Source of the DNA: Amoebophrya sp. A120
Lineage: Eukaryota > Protista > Dinoflagellata
Direction of reading: 5' to 3'
DNA: 64,000 bases
Assembly (NCBI GenBank): GCA_905178155.1
Contig: CAJINV010000009.1
Location: forward strand, 917,415-981,414
The notes under the pieces are model-generated. The model had not been told where the DNA came from and searched no databases. It was given only the letters and a program-made list of their open reading frames with translations. This document shows, piece by piece, positions 1 through 13,808 of the stretch (its first letter is position 1; each line of letters begins with the position of its first letter). A program made the translations under genes and the position numbers.

Positions 1-1200
1 GCCCTCATCCGGAGCCTGGACCCCCTCCTTCCAAACCTCCGCCACATTCTTCGGAACCCAGGCGCCCCTCGTCCCAACCCGGAAACGGCCCCGGCCCTCC
101 CGCTGCTTTCTTCTAAATGGCCAGACCCGAGGCGCTTCAGCTTTGAAGGCAAAGCCCATCGCCCCCTTCTGAGCTGAGGCCGCTCAACCCTTGCAGACCT
201 ACCTGCCCCAGAGGCCGAAGCGGGAGGAGCCTGCCTATGCTGGCATCCACGTGGGGCCGTGTCATTTGTCTCGCCTCGAGCCACCTCGCAGTCGGGGGCG
301 GGTTTTACAAAAATGGCCGGAGTTGAGGCGCTTCACTTCACGAAGGGCAACCAGCTTGCCGAACCACGGCGAAGGCGCTCAGCTTTGTTGGCTTTGCTTG
401 TCCACGGCCCGAAACCTCTTGCGCCCTGGCCTATGCGAAGCCGGGCGCGGACCTAATGCCCTTCCTTTTCCGAGCTGGCCCTAGCGTGGCGCCACATCGA
501 CGACGACTTAAAACACCCCACAAGAGAATGCCTGGAGGGCGCCGGAAGGAGGGCTCGGGCAGCCACCTTCCGGCAAAGCCTTGCAGCTACACACCGCGAG
601 GGGACCACAGAGCGCACCCCCTGAAAACCGGAGCCGGGCCCCTCACTATTCAGAACATGCCCTAAAGTGGTTCGCAACGCACTCCACTCAGCTGGTTTCT
701 TAGCCACAATCTTCATAGTGCCAGTGCCGATCGTGAATGCTTGCCGTCTGTAGAGGTGTCGCTCTGCCACTCAGAGGGGCGAACTACAGACGCTCCCGGC
801 GGCCAGAACCCCTATGCCCTGCCCCCAAATCGCGGCCCCCGATGGCCGACAAAACCGCCGAAAACCGAAAACACGCAGAGCCACCAAACTGAGCCGAAAC
901 ACCTAAGACCGAGAAACACAAGCCGGCGACCAGTGCAACTGCTCCAGTTTTTTCTTCGGGCAAAGGCCCCAACGTGGGCGGCAGGCCTGTGCCCGGGCGA
1001 CGACCACAACAGAGCAGGATGCCAGGAGTGAGGTCATAACCCAGAGGGCCGAAGCGCTTAACGTGCGAAATAAAAAGCGCGGCGCCGGCGCTGCCGTCGC
1101 TACTTCTTGCAGAACTGTAGCGGTTCGACTCTGGCAGCAGCTCCGTGGCTGGGCAACTTGCACAAGCAAAGGAGGCGCGCAATGTTTTGCCATTGGCGCT
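1..1200. mobile_element. GC-rich intergenic island, probable non-autonomous repeat (left end outside window)
   Basis: Abrupt GC-rich composition compared with the adjacent AT-richer DNA; only low-quality ORFs; no termini identified. Confidence 0.3.
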
Positions 1201-1322
1201 ATTCGAAAACTGCGAAATTTAAATTTTCGAACATGGTACTAGACATGAATTTCTCTGAGCCCATAAAGACGTCCGGGCAAAAGACAGGTAGCGCCATGTG
1301 AGATATGGTTCAAAGCTGAATG

Positions 1323-3470
1323 TCAAGCAGCCTCTACCATTTTTGTTAAAAGCATTATCAACTTGGTTGCGGATTCACTCAGCTCGTCCAACATGACTGC
1401 TTTGTCAGAAAAGCCACCGGTTTCTGTCACATTCACCATGATCTTTCCCGCAAACGCATCTGTCCCGGGGTCCACGTCCTTGCGCTCGGATATGCACTTG
1501 GGGGAAAATCCTGACTCGGTAGAATAAGTACCTGCTTTGGTTCATACATGATATCTATGTCTATTTTGTCATAAGCATATTATCGGATGCCAGTCCCAGG
1601 ACGCAACCACGAAGGAATGTGAACGTGCATCGACGAGCCTGACACAGAGTCTAAATTTTTCTCCGATCATACCAATCTCGGTGCCCACGGTCGCGGAAAA
1701 GGCATGCCGTACCTGATGTAGCATTTGTTGATCAAGGTTATGCGTTAATTTGTAGTGAGTGTGAGAGCGAGAAAGCTTACATGTACATACTCTTAATTTT
1801 GAAAACAAAGGTATCTTTCCATGACGGACAGGCACAGGATCTATTTGATTACGAAAAACCAATTTTGTTGTATGTGAAAAATCCGTCACCGTCCTTGTGT
1901 AAAATGATCTCAGTACGATTTCAAAGTCTTCCTTTCGCAACACTTTTTGCTGCTTGGACGGTAGTGACTGCGACAGGTTTCGTATCGTCCGATTCTGCAG
2001 GTTCTTGCCTGGAAAACGGCCGTGTGACTTTATTGTCGCTGTTTGGTACTTGTCAATGGCGCCCGGCGTCCACGTCAAGGTCCACAGCAGTTCTGGCGCC
2101 TGCGTTTTCTTCGGGCTGGACTTGTTTTGCTTGGCGTGGAAAAAGGGCTCGTGCGCCGTGCTGGGTGGCATTTGCTCCTGCACGGTGGACGACGAAGAAG
2201 CGGCCGGCGCGAGGGACACGTTTGTGGAGTAGGGTTTCACCTCAAACTTGTTTTTGAAGGAGTCCGTGATGGTCAACTTCTTTACTTGATCGGTTATACC
2301 ATAGGTTTCCTTGTCCGCTTCGTCCGTGTAATCCACTTCGGCGTAGAAGATCGACCGTCCGAAACTGGAGCGCTCGTATCCAGGGAAAACGAAAAAACAT
2401 CCAATTTGTCATGCAGAACCTACATAAATTGCTGTGTTTGTCATGTTGGGAAACTAAGGGCAGGGCGTCCCTTTGTAAACCAAAGCTACAAACTTGAAAC
2501 CTTCAGGTCCTTCAGGTGTGGCACCGCGCAAGCACGAATACCGGCGGAAATCGTGAGGTACCGCGCAAGCACGAATACCGGCGGAGTGGTGACGACCGAA
2601 AGGGTCAGGTAAACTCTAAAACATAAACTTGAACAACGCGATTTCTACCGAGAGACAACAACAGAAACTCCGAGAGACAACGATTTCTACCGAGAGACTC
2701 CGAGAGACAACGCGATTTCTACCGAGCGACAACGATTTCTACCGAGAGACAACAGACAACAATAAATTTCTGTGTTTGTCATGCAAAAAATGGATGCGAA
2801 TGGATTTTTTTCTGTGGATAGCTCGCGGTCATCGTCCACAAACTTCTTCTCGTCGTCCTCGGCCCACTGTGCGCCGCAGCGGATCGCCTCGGGAACGGTG
2901 TTATCAAACAACGGGTCTTTGGCTCGGGCCTCGCGCTGTTCGGGGGTGAGCTCGTCGTCCAAGTTGCCATGTCTCTGCTCCGCTGCTGGGTCTTTGGTGG
3001 TGGGAAGATTCGCCGCGGCCGCAAAAAGCTCGGAAATCGCGTTGCCCGCGCTGGGAGGACCGGAGGACAACATTTGTTCTGAAAACCAACTATTTGGCCG
3101 CAAAAACAAACTACCAAGGTCAAGAAATGACTGAGACTGAGTAGATACCTGACCACGTAGTTGCTCTAGCTCAAGTTCGGACAAATCACAAGCACCGCGC
3201 GTCGTCTAATTCTATCCGACCATTTTTTAACAGGAAACTCGATGTCTCTACACACCAACTCAACTGGCTGGCTCGCTCACGTTCTCCGAAATAATCTTCG
3301 TGTTCTCTCAATAGCTCTGAACTTCCGATGCTCTCAAAAACGTCGAAGCTGTCGCTCGACGTCCTACCTGTGCTCGTAGAAGTACTCCTCCTTCGATAGC
3401 TTGATGCTTGATGCACTTTGCGTTTGCAGTGCCTCACTTCTATATCAATATTTTCATGACCTGGTAACAT
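1323..3470 (-). CDS. Hypothetical multi-exon protein (5' end uncertain)
   Basis: ORFs 2687-3184 and 1569-2336 join in frame (DDDRE-R-SSFGRSIFYAEVDYTDEADK) after removing the 2377-2820 element plus one direct repeat. A likely last exon 1531-1323 follows a CAG acceptor and ends in TGA. No recognisable domain. Confidence 0.55.
2377..2820. mobile_element. Introner (TIR non-canonical intron), family B, expanded copy
   Basis: GCTCG direct repeats at 2372-2376 and 2821-2825; termini TATCCA...TGGATA; TTTGTCATGC boxes; excision restores the host frame. Confidence 0.85.
2523..2760. repeat. Minisatellites inside introner
   Basis: ACCGCGCAAGCACGAATACCGGCGGA twice (2523-2548, 2560-2585) and about 4 copies of CGATTTCTACCGAG(A/C)GAC (~2635-2760). 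Confidence 0.85.
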
Positions 3471-6264
3471 CAGGTACTACTCGAAAGTAGATACGGTTGC
3501 GAAGCTGCGATGGTGTACTTACGTCACTATACAGTGACGTAGATGTTGCTCATCAGACTTTTCACACCCCCAAGATGTAGACACTGAACAAGAAAAGCAA
3601 CACGACGGTAACGTCGCCTGCCAACATAAGGAAGCCGGGGTGAGTTCGCTCTCCTCGAAAATCAGGATGGTTATTCAGTTGTGTACACAACGAAAAGAAT
3701 GCAACATGAGGCAGGGGACGGGGTAAAACGAATGGCATGAATTTCTCCGTGCAACAAACAAAACAAAGTAGTAGAACTGACGGCAAGTGGTCTGCAAGCG
3801 CAGTCTAGCAGAAGTTCAGGATTTCTCGTCTTTACTCGCTTCCATTTCCTCATCTTGTCTGAGCTCGGATCGAAGGGCACACAACAGCGACCAACTGTAT
3901 TTCAATTTCTCGTTCTCCTTACTACAAAACGGAGATTGACATTGTTTTTTTCGCCAATTTATGCGGCTGCTGTTGAAGGATGAAAAAGTGAAAATTTTCT
4001 TTACTTACTCTACTAGAGGCTGTAGTAATTTGTCGTAGCAGACAGCACCGGCGTGGTTGTGTACTAGAAGTGAAGTTGCGTTGTCATCGGTACTTTGAAT
4101 TTGATGACACCGGTCTGACATTGCCTTCTCCTCGCGAGTTTTTCAAGAGTTTCCTGCCGCGCGCCTCATGTCCGGAAATAATAGACACTAGCGGCCGATG
4201 GAAGACTGCTCTACACATGCTAGCGTCACAACAATGCTGTTGCGGTTCGTGTCGAGATTGCAGTCCTTGTTGCTGGGTTATGTCAGTCAGGGATTCTTAT
4301 CTGACTTGGTCGTCGCGTAATGACAAAAAGGATGGAAACACAACATATTAACTAGATTGTTGATGAGTGTCGTAAATCTTAAGGGAAGGCTATGAAGCTG
4401 ATCTCACAAACCCACATTCCCCTCCCATAAATCTGTTGTCAAATGGGTCAAACCTGCCATTTCCGATTGGAATGACGAGAGGCATCAATATATTGGTTCA
4501 TTTCAATTTTACTCAGTTCAACTGTTCAAATAGGTAGTGACCATGATGTAGTTCTTTTAAATATGATTCGCTGCGGACAGTGTAATAGGTACAGGTGTAA
4601 AAGCGAAAGTCTGCTTCGTCCGAATCGAGTACGATTTCAACACGACCGATCGAGCGAGGCGTCCCAGGTCGTCAAACAGGACTAGGACTACTTCGCCTTC
4701 CATTGATTGGTTTCACGTCGTCGAGGATGCTTTTGCAGGCCACTTCTGTCGTTATCTGTGGATTTCGTTTTATCCACTGTACTTAATGCCTGCTATACTT
4801 TTTCTTCTTTGTTACCTCTCCGACCCTTGCGGTAAACTAATTAGCCCACCTCGTTGTAAAAAAATCTGCGAAAGAATTAGAGTCAATTCTTGTAGCGGCG
4901 ACGCTCCTCGACTTTCGGCCTATAATTTTTTTTGCTGTCCTGCGTGTTCGGTGGCAGGTCCTGGTCAGCAGTACACATGTACAGTCAGATAGGTACAACA
5001 AATGATTATGTCGAAGAAGTATCTATTTGCTGTTGCTGCTTTTATCTCCAAACGAGACTCAGCAAGGCAACGGCTTTGATTCAGATTTTCTCGATTCTGT
5101 AATAGCCAACGATATTCAGACCGCAACAAATATCGCTTGTTCTGTTTTCGAAATATATCTTTGATATTACCAACGAATAAAAACCATAAACATAGTTGTG
5201 GACAAGCCTAGTTCTAGTACGAATGGAATATATGACGGAAAGTGATAGTAGTACTTAAAATCGTTTTTTTGGTGCAACCTGAGAACGAAAAGACAGATGA
5301 AGAATCCACAAACCGAGGAGGTAGCTTTTGCCCCATCAATACATCTTTCCATCATCAGGTGCGTTTTTGCGTTTTTTTTCTTCTTGACAAAGCAGTAGAT
5401 ACGACTCATCATGATGTAGATACTCAAGGATTTTTTTTCTTGAAACTTTTTGTTTTTAGGAACGAAAAATAAATAGATAAAAGCAGTCGCTTTCAACAGG
5501 ACATTGGAGTAAATCAAACACAAAAAGGAAACTAGACATTAAATGGTTCGTTGAAACAACATCTACACTGGTGTAGTATTCAATTCTTCTGAATAGAATT
5601 GGCACTGACTGGAAAGGAAGAAAAAAAAAGTTAAATTGTTTCAAAAAAGAAGGACCAACGTCGTGATCTTTCACCTATGTATCAATTGCAATACTAGGGA
5701 AAGCCACAGCGGAAAAAAATGTGCAGCCACGCCTTCGCTATCAAGGCGTTCAAAAAGTTCGAAAGATTCGTGCATATTTATAGACGATGCCCTAGTGCTT
5801 TTCCTTTTCCACGGACGCGTCACGACAACATAAGTGACAGCATACTTCTACCTTCTTGACCCTACAGCAAGTTTCATAGAAACAAATGCAGCATCAAATC
5901 TAAGGCGGATACTCATACTTATGCACTTCGATGCTGATGGCGATGGGATTCATGCGGCGCAAGCAGCGGGCACCTTCTATATTAATTTGCCTGGAGTTCC
6001 TGTTCCTGGAATAGGGGTGCGCTGCTTTTTGTCGCAGTGCCGCTCCTTTTTTGCTCCAGTTTGATCTTGCTCTTTCGAATTGCATATCTTTTGGTTTTAC
6101 CACACCATCTACCTCGACGGCACCAGCGTTGGTTGGAGTACGGCCGTAGTATTGTCTGTAATGCACAAGCGTCGCCTACGCGTTGCAATTTTCTTTTTTT
6201 CAGAATTGATTTTTTTTTCTTTAGATTTACTTTTCTACTTCGTTCTCTTCACTGTTGGGTACAA

Positions 6265-9200
6265 TTTCCCGATTGAGCCTCGACCGCCTGGCCCTGCTCC
6301 GCAGAGGCAGACGCAGGCTCCTCCGCTGTGGTTGTGGCCTCCTGGTGCTTCTCCGCAGACTTCTCGGGCGTCTTGTGCTTTTTCGATGTCGACACTGCAT
6401 CGGTCTGTTTGAGTCGTGTTATGTCGATTGATAATTGACAGTCTTTCACTTTCTAAATAAGATGAAGTACGTGAAACAACCCGCCAAACCCAGAGCCAGA
6501 TCAAAGATCGTGCATGATTAACATCTTGCTCCTCGTCACAATGATGTAAAACAGGAACAAGAATCCGAATCACTCAGGGAAAACGCCGAGAATTTGATAT
6601 TTGACGCCGTCGATCATGCCCGCATTCATGATTTTCAATCTATATTCGACTTGCATGGAAAACAACATCTACCTGATCTCTCCCTTCTACGGGGGCGGGA
6701 CCCTCCGCACCACCATACTCCTTCTGGTCGGAGCCCTTTCCGCTCCTGTGGCCGTTTTTGTCAACAGCTCCACCGCCGGACTTGGGCGATTTGTGCTCCG
6801 AATGAGATTTCTCCTTCTCATGCGAGTACTTTTCGCCGTGCTTGTCGCGCTTGGAGGGCTTGTAGTCCGAGGGAGATGCGTAATTTTTGTCGTACGCGTA
6901 GTACTCTTTTCCACTACTCGCGTTGCCATACTTATCGTACTTGGAAGCGCCATAATCCTCGTACCGGTCGTACTGCTTCTTGCCACTCGTGCTGTAGCCC
7001 TGCTCATTGTACCAATTGGACTTGTGTTCCCGCTTGCTCGTTCGCTCCTCGCCCCACCATTCCTGTTCCTTGTACGCGCGTTTGTCGTAGGCCCTGCAAG
7101 GACGAAGGAGGAATATATAATCTGCACGTTAGAGTTGTCGACCCTTCGGCCAATCGACAAACTACACCGAAAAAGTAAAAAGGACCAGGGCGGGGGAAAG
7201 CGACAGCTGCATACTCAAGCAGTAGAAAAACTAACTCTACTTCCTCGACGGCCATTTACAAAACAACCTCAACCTAGTACGAAAAATATGAATGAATATC
7301 ATCATGCTTCATTACCTGTCTTGTTTCCACGACTTGTTCCAGTCCTCCTCCCAATGCTGGGCGGCCTGCTTATTTGTTTTACTGTTATCTCCCTCTCCGT
7401 CATCGATGTGTAGTTCGCCGCCGATCGGTCCGCGCTCCCGACGCTCCTCGCTGTACACTTCTCGCGGCTCCCGGTCGTCGTATCGCGCCTTGCCCTTCTT
7501 TCCGGAACCTTTCTTACCGTCGCCCTTCTTTCCGTTTTCGCCCTTGCCTTTCCCGGGCGGAACCTCCCTGCTATCGTGTTCGGCGCTCGCAGAGCTGTAC
7601 GGCTGCTCTTCGCTCTGCTCCGCGTCCTGGGGCTCTTTCGAGGAGCTCTGCTGAAAGTTATTGTCTCGGTCGCCTGCTCCACCGTCACGGTCTCCACCAC
7701 GACCACCGCCTTTCTTGCCATTTCCGCGCTTACCACCCTCCCGTGCCTGGCGCCTGCGTTAAGGTGAGTAGGGTAGCGTCGAATTTGAATGAGTTTCTAC
7801 TTTCGACCAGGCCGAATATACGTACACTGTGAGCACGATGCGCTCAGTTTCATATTTTGTTTTTGACACACGACATAATGCAGCTAAAGTGTTAAGCATC
7901 GTAACATTTAGATAAGAAAAAACATAAAGCTGCAACAGCATATCCAAACATCAATACTCGTGCTTCTCTTTGTAATACTCCTTGTCCTTGACCCGACCAC
8001 CCTGTCGCGTTTCCGCGAGTTTGGCAGTGACAAGTCCCTTCGCGGGATTGTCGCCTTCAAGTGTAGCGGCAACAAGCTTGAACCGCAGCAGAAATGGCAA
8101 TGGGTAAATGCGCTGCTCAACATCCAGACCTACGAAAAATTTTAGTTTGAAAAACTAAAACGACAGCACCAGCTGATCTAACTTCTACGTACAAATACCG
8201 GAATCTCATTCGCTCCGCATTGCTTCAGCAAAATTTTGCTCGACCAACATGAGCAGTTGAAATTCATCATCAGGAGGCCCTTCACGCTCTACTTGCGTGT
8301 CGATAGATTTATGTAGACATGCTCCTTGTCATGATAGTTCGTAAAATTTTTTATGCATTTCCATTTAGTTTCGCTAGTACCTGGGACATCCCCGTAGTCT
8401 GGTTCGGACTCGACCTCGTCTTCGGGGGCAAGTTCCAAAAAGGTCGGGCCACCAATCGCGCGCGCATGAACCGTGACCCACCCGTCCGGTTCGATCGGCA
8501 TGCGAACCACGCCGGGGTCGACACGAATCGTCTCCCCCGCCTGCACACAGGTATCGCCGGGCAAGAGTCGACGGGTTTCCAGCGACGACATATCGGCTGC
8601 TTCGCGGACCTGGTTTATTTCGTTTCCGTTTTCATTAAAGATATGTACCAATTTGCACTCAAAGGCGCGAGCGTCGTCGGCGTGAACATTTGTAGCATAC
8701 GGGGACAATGTAGTTGTGAAGACGGGGTCTAGTTCGGACTCGGCACTGCGGAAATATTGTAAGTAAAACCAACAGCAATACGATAGCGTCTTTGAAGTCT
8801 TCTGCTCCGAGGCGGACACGCCACTTGGTGCCTTTGCCTCCTGATTTTTCCTCAATCGTAAGCTCTGGTGGCGGCAGTTTGGGACTGTTGATGGCGGCAA
8901 CGGGCGGCGCGGGGGCGGGGGCGGCCACAACCTGCTGCACGACGGCCGGGGAGCCTTTATTTCCGGGTGCTTCTTCTGGTTTTCCGACTGCCAATACCGG
9001 GGATGCCGCGTTCGCTGGCTTCATCTTTCCGGGGCCCTTTCCACCGTACGGGTCGATGGCGCCCATCAATGGTCCTCCCTGCTTGCCCGCGGCCATGGGA
9101 TCCATCGGACTCTTGGCAGCTACAACATTCGGATTCGGAAATTGTTGATTGTGCATGTGTTGTCTGATGACTGTTATGAGGGAAGTTTGTGTAGTGCGGT

Positions 9201-11611
9201 GCAATGTAGAAGATCATACTGCACCAGCCCAGCATTTGCACAATGCGGAATGGCAGATCGACTTTGAACTTGAAGTGATGTCGCGTATGCAAATGGATGA
9301 AATATTCATCAGTAGAGCATGAGCGACTACTCACTTGACTTTTTTAGTCTACCAACTGCAGCGCCGTCAAAAAAAAACAAACATTTGATACCTGCAGCCT
9401 TCTGTTGCTGGTACAGCATGGCCATTGCCTGCGCATTGGCCGGATCGTATGGGCTGCCGGGCTTTCCTGCGGCACCCGGTTGCTGCCCCGGCATTGGGAA
9501 TCCTTTGGGTCCCATTGCGCCCGCGAGAAGAGGTTTTCCCTTCAACGGACCTGCCATCAGCTGCGGCTGATACATCGCCGGCACTAAACCCTTCATTTGC
9601 AGTGCGGGGCTGATCATCGGTGGCAGTGCCCCCTTCATCTTGCCTGCAGCAGCAAGCTGTAGAGCCGCGTTCTGGAGCGCGGCCTGCTGCTGTGCCTGCG
9701 CGGCGGCCTGTTGCTGCTGCTGTTGCTGCTGTGCCTGCAATTGCGCCTGCATCGCGGCGTTGACTGGCTGGTGGACCAGCGTGTGTGTGGTGCCATAACC
9801 CGGACTTGCGGCAGTGGGCGAGGGTCCACCGTACTGTCGACTTTGCGTTTGCTGTCCGCCAGGCGTGCCGGCCTGCGGCGCGGAGGAAGAGGAGTTGCCG
9901 GGTTGTTGCCCGCCGTTGATTGCAGCGGTTAAAATTTCCTTTGCCGCCGCCTGCTTTTCTTTCATCTGCCTCTCGTGCTCCGCGTTGGCCTGGACAAGTT
10001 GTGGAGAAGAAACTTCTAGTAGGAGTGACACATACCCAACTCTATTTTGTATGTAGTGAAAATCTTTCCAACTACGCTGCTAAGAGTCAGCGTAAGAGCA
10101 AGAAATAGAAACATTCTCTAATCTACTCTAGGCCGGAACCGCAAGGCTGCAAATTTAGATTTACAAAAAAAAACTACAGCATCTTACCGGTAACGTGAGC
10201 GTGTCGATCCGGAGCTTGTCTTTGGGCATCAAGAACTCTTGTGGGCCTTTTTTGGCGTCGTTCACCTCCACCTTGTATCTACAGGAACTGTCGTCAAAGG
10301 CCTTCACAACTCCCTTGGCACCATTCAATTCTCGAATTGGAAAGTCGATGATGGTCACTTCACTACCGACCGGGATCAGTGACTTTGGTGGAACTGTAGA
10401 AAAGATTGCTTCCAGAATCAGTTTATGGGAGTGCGTGCAGCGAATGTCGCATAATAGATTGGTCTTCGAAAAACTTGGAAACAGAAACACCATCGCAGTC
10501 CATGTGTTTTTGGACGTATGTGTATGTCGTGAAACAAAAAGTTATACCTGGTCTATCGCTTTGCATGGGCGCGTGGTATGCCTGCGGGTAATACAAGTAG
10601 TCGTCCTTATGGTGGCTTAGCTCTTGCATCAGTGCCGCTTCCTGTCTCACCTTTTTTTCCGCGTCCTCTTGCGCTCTTCGGATTGTTTCGTTCATGGACG
10701 GCTTTGCCGCGCTGCCACCGCCACTGCTCGTGTTGCCTGCCGGGGACGTCAATTTGTTGTCGCCGTCTAGAGTTTTCGTTTTTTGAGTATTGTGATGAGT
10801 TACTTGTCCTGTGCTCAAAAGGCTGACACTTTCGTACTTTTTCTCCTTAAACATTGTTGAAGAAACTAGTACCAGCGTCTTGTCGAGTCTCACCTACTTT
10901 TCCATGGCATGTATGAGAGTTCTGTTGGATACTAGTAAGGGATCATTAGGTAGAGGAAATACTGCTGAAAGAATTGAATGGATTTACTCTGGCGCGCAAC
11001 CCGCCGAATACAAAAGTAACGAACATACCTCCCATGCCCATCATTCCCTGTACAGCTCCCATTCCGCCACCTCCTATCTGATTGTTGGTGGGCACCGGTG
11101 GCCCGCTAATTTGTGCCTTTCTCTTGGCTTCGTCATTCAACTTCTTCAACTTTTCGATTTCCTCCGCAGTCGCGGGCGGTTCCATCGCGGGGGCGGCGTC
11201 CCCGGATGGTGCTGGTTCCAGCACGCGCACATTTCGGGCCTGGGGTCGCAGCGTCTGGGGGTCGTAAAATAAGATGAATTCGACGCGCTCCCCGGCAATG
11301 AGACCGATGCGCCCCACTAAATGTGTGTTGTAAACGAAGATATCGCCGGTAATCGACTGCAATTGCTCGGAGGTGATAAACCCAAACCCTTTTCTGGTGG
11401 AGTACGTCTTCACGTGGCCCTGCAGGTAAGTCTCGTCCGTTTCTCTCGCGGGTAATGGCCCGGTGCTTGCTCCTGCAGCCGCCTGCACGGACTTCTGCAA
11501 GTCACTCACCGCGGTCGCGGCATCGGGCGTGTGCAGCGTTGGTGACGCCCCATTCTTTGCAAGGTCGGAGTTGTCGTCCGAGGCCGGAGCTACCACGTCG
11601 GCAGTCGCCAT
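6265..11611 (-). CDS. Large multi-exon cold-shock-domain (CSD) RNA-binding protein with KOW/SH3-like domain, Q/P/G-rich middle and charged R/D/K/Y-rich tail (3' end uncertain)
   Basis: CSD: GHVKTYSTRKGFGFIT...GDIFVYNTHL...GERVEFIL...PQARNV in ORF 10946-11611. KOW-like VGSEVTIIDFPIRELNGAKGVVKAFD...RYKVEV at 10200-10400. Successive exon-like segments with canonical-looking splice signals; not every junction was checked. Confidence 0.7.
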
Positions 11612-13808
11612 ACTTTAGTCTGTAATTGTGTTCCTTATGCTAGCTTATGCAGCCGTCCAATCCACTTATTACGTGGTCTGTTTGAAGATGAGAAGATTCG
11701 GCGTGGTCACAGTATGTACTGATGTTCTCAATATCGACGCGGGTTTGAACGTCCGGTGTTTTATGGTCTTTTCTTTCTCCCGCCGGTGCTGGTTGCGAAG
11801 CTTCTCGGGACTGCTACTGGAATTCTTCCACAACCAAAAACAAAAAGTTTGATTGTTGGAAAGAAGAAAGTACGACGTGTCGTTTCTTCCCCGTGGCACT
11901 TTTCAGAAGCTCTTATTTCTACCCACCAAGTACAATTGTATTTGCTTGTTCTCTCCTACTTCTTTTTCATCTCAAAACTACTACTGAAATTACCACGCTC
12001 TTAAATTGTGTTTTAGTTTTTTGCGTTTATTTTTTCGTTCTAAACTTGATGACGCCAGAAGTTCTTAGCAGCCGAATGCTTATCTTTGAAGCGTTGTTCT
12101 GTGTTCAGTAGAGCTGCGGCACGCTATTGCCTCAGTGTGTTTTTTCCGGACGTGTAGCTTCTATTGTTTGGTGTTTATTTCGCGCGAACGCTACTTCTAC
12201 TCCTGAGGCAATACTTTACAATAATACCTGCCAGTGCAGCACTTATCTACTTACCCCCGGCGACACTAGTGCGCAGCAGATCAAATGGCACGCTAGTGCG
12301 CTGGGGCAAAGAACCCTTGTCGTAGAACTACGACAAGCCGCTGCAAAACTGCAATTGACTTGGCGTTTGAGGCATATCCGTATCAGTATTGTGTTAAACA
12401 ACGATTATCATTAAATAGCGGTTTTAGGTTGTAACAACATGCGCTAAAAAAGGTGGCGCTGGAGTGGAAAATTCTTTATCTTTCAGTCTGCCACCTCTTT
12501 TCGAAAACAGTCTCGTCTAGCTACGCAAAAACTTTTATCCGCCACGTGTTTTGTCTTTAGTCAACCATGGAAGCTATAGCACCTGCCGTATCTAACCACG
12601 GCTGGTTGCGTTGTCGATGTGCGTTTGCCTGTGCGCACAATTAGCGTTTTGCGTTTGCTTTTCTCGGAGACGATCTACTTTGCCAATTAAAGTTCTAGCG
12701 TGGTTCAGTTTCTGCAGTACTGGTTTCAAGGAGTCCACTAGTTGATGGTGCCGGCAAATCTTTTCCAGTTTTATTTTACGCGCGCCACGTATTACAGAAA
12801 GCAGGTTGTAAAACAAAACTGGAGAGCCTGGAAAAGCGCAAGCAGAAAGAGACAACAAAGCAAAAAAAGTAATGTGGTAGGTGGACGTGAAAAACTTGTA
12901 AAAAAAGCAAGTTTTGGCGTCGATAAATGAAATAGTTGTGTCGTCTCTTTTGAAATTGTACACAGAAGATAGAAAAACAGCTACAGCACCAGAGATAATA
13001 AAGGAAGCTAAAGGTGGAACGTTCTAAAAACCTATAAATCGCTATTCCCTACTCACACAATGACCACAATGCTGAAAAAAAGCCTCGGACGCTTCAAGTA
13101 ATAAAATCCTTACGTTTATTTGCCGATGTTACGTGACGATCCTCTGCTTTTTGTCTGATTGGGGGGTAAGTGTAAATTATTCTTAGTTATGCTTTTTTCA
13201 TAATGCTCATACATTGATTTTCAGATCTGCTAGCACTACCACACACCGCGTATGCTCAAGGGTCTTGGTCTATTTTCATTTCTAGTGGCATCTATTGTAC
13301 TGATTTAGATTTCAACGAGTTTGCTTGCTGTTTTTACATGAAGGAGAGATCCGTTGCAGTTGCTAGTACTTGTGTGTGTCTGTGAGCTCAAAAGATCGTA
13401 GTGCGCGGATAAGCGTGATCGACATCACATGTCTGGGTCTGTCGTAGATCGAGAACTCAACGCGTTTTGTGGACATTTCTTCCTTGCTAGTGTATAGTTA
13501 CTTCAGTGCGGAACTCATGTTGTATGCTAGAACAGTGCATCCAAACCACGAAGCGTCTTGCTTGGCCGAGCTGAACACAGCTGTTAGCGCATATGAGAAT
13601 TGCGCTACGCAAGTACAAGTAGTGGATCATGCGTATGCAACTGAGAGCAGAGAGGCTCGGCTTGCCTTCGTTCATGCCAATGGAACCAAGAAGTAAGCGG
13701 TAGCACCAATCTTACTTGAAACGTGAAACATTTTCGGTTTCTTTACTTTCTGGTAGGTTTTTTTATCGCATCAATTTTACATTTTTTCTTTGCTCATCGC
13801 ACGAGCGC

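Noticed and set aside
3520-3541. Small hairpin TACGTCACT-ATAC-AGTGACGTA
   Set aside because: It has a 9-bp stem only, with no direct repeats or related copies in the window.
11900-13700. Possible gene in the AT-rich interval (ORF 12592-12963)
   Set aside because: No consistent exon chain or motif could be built.
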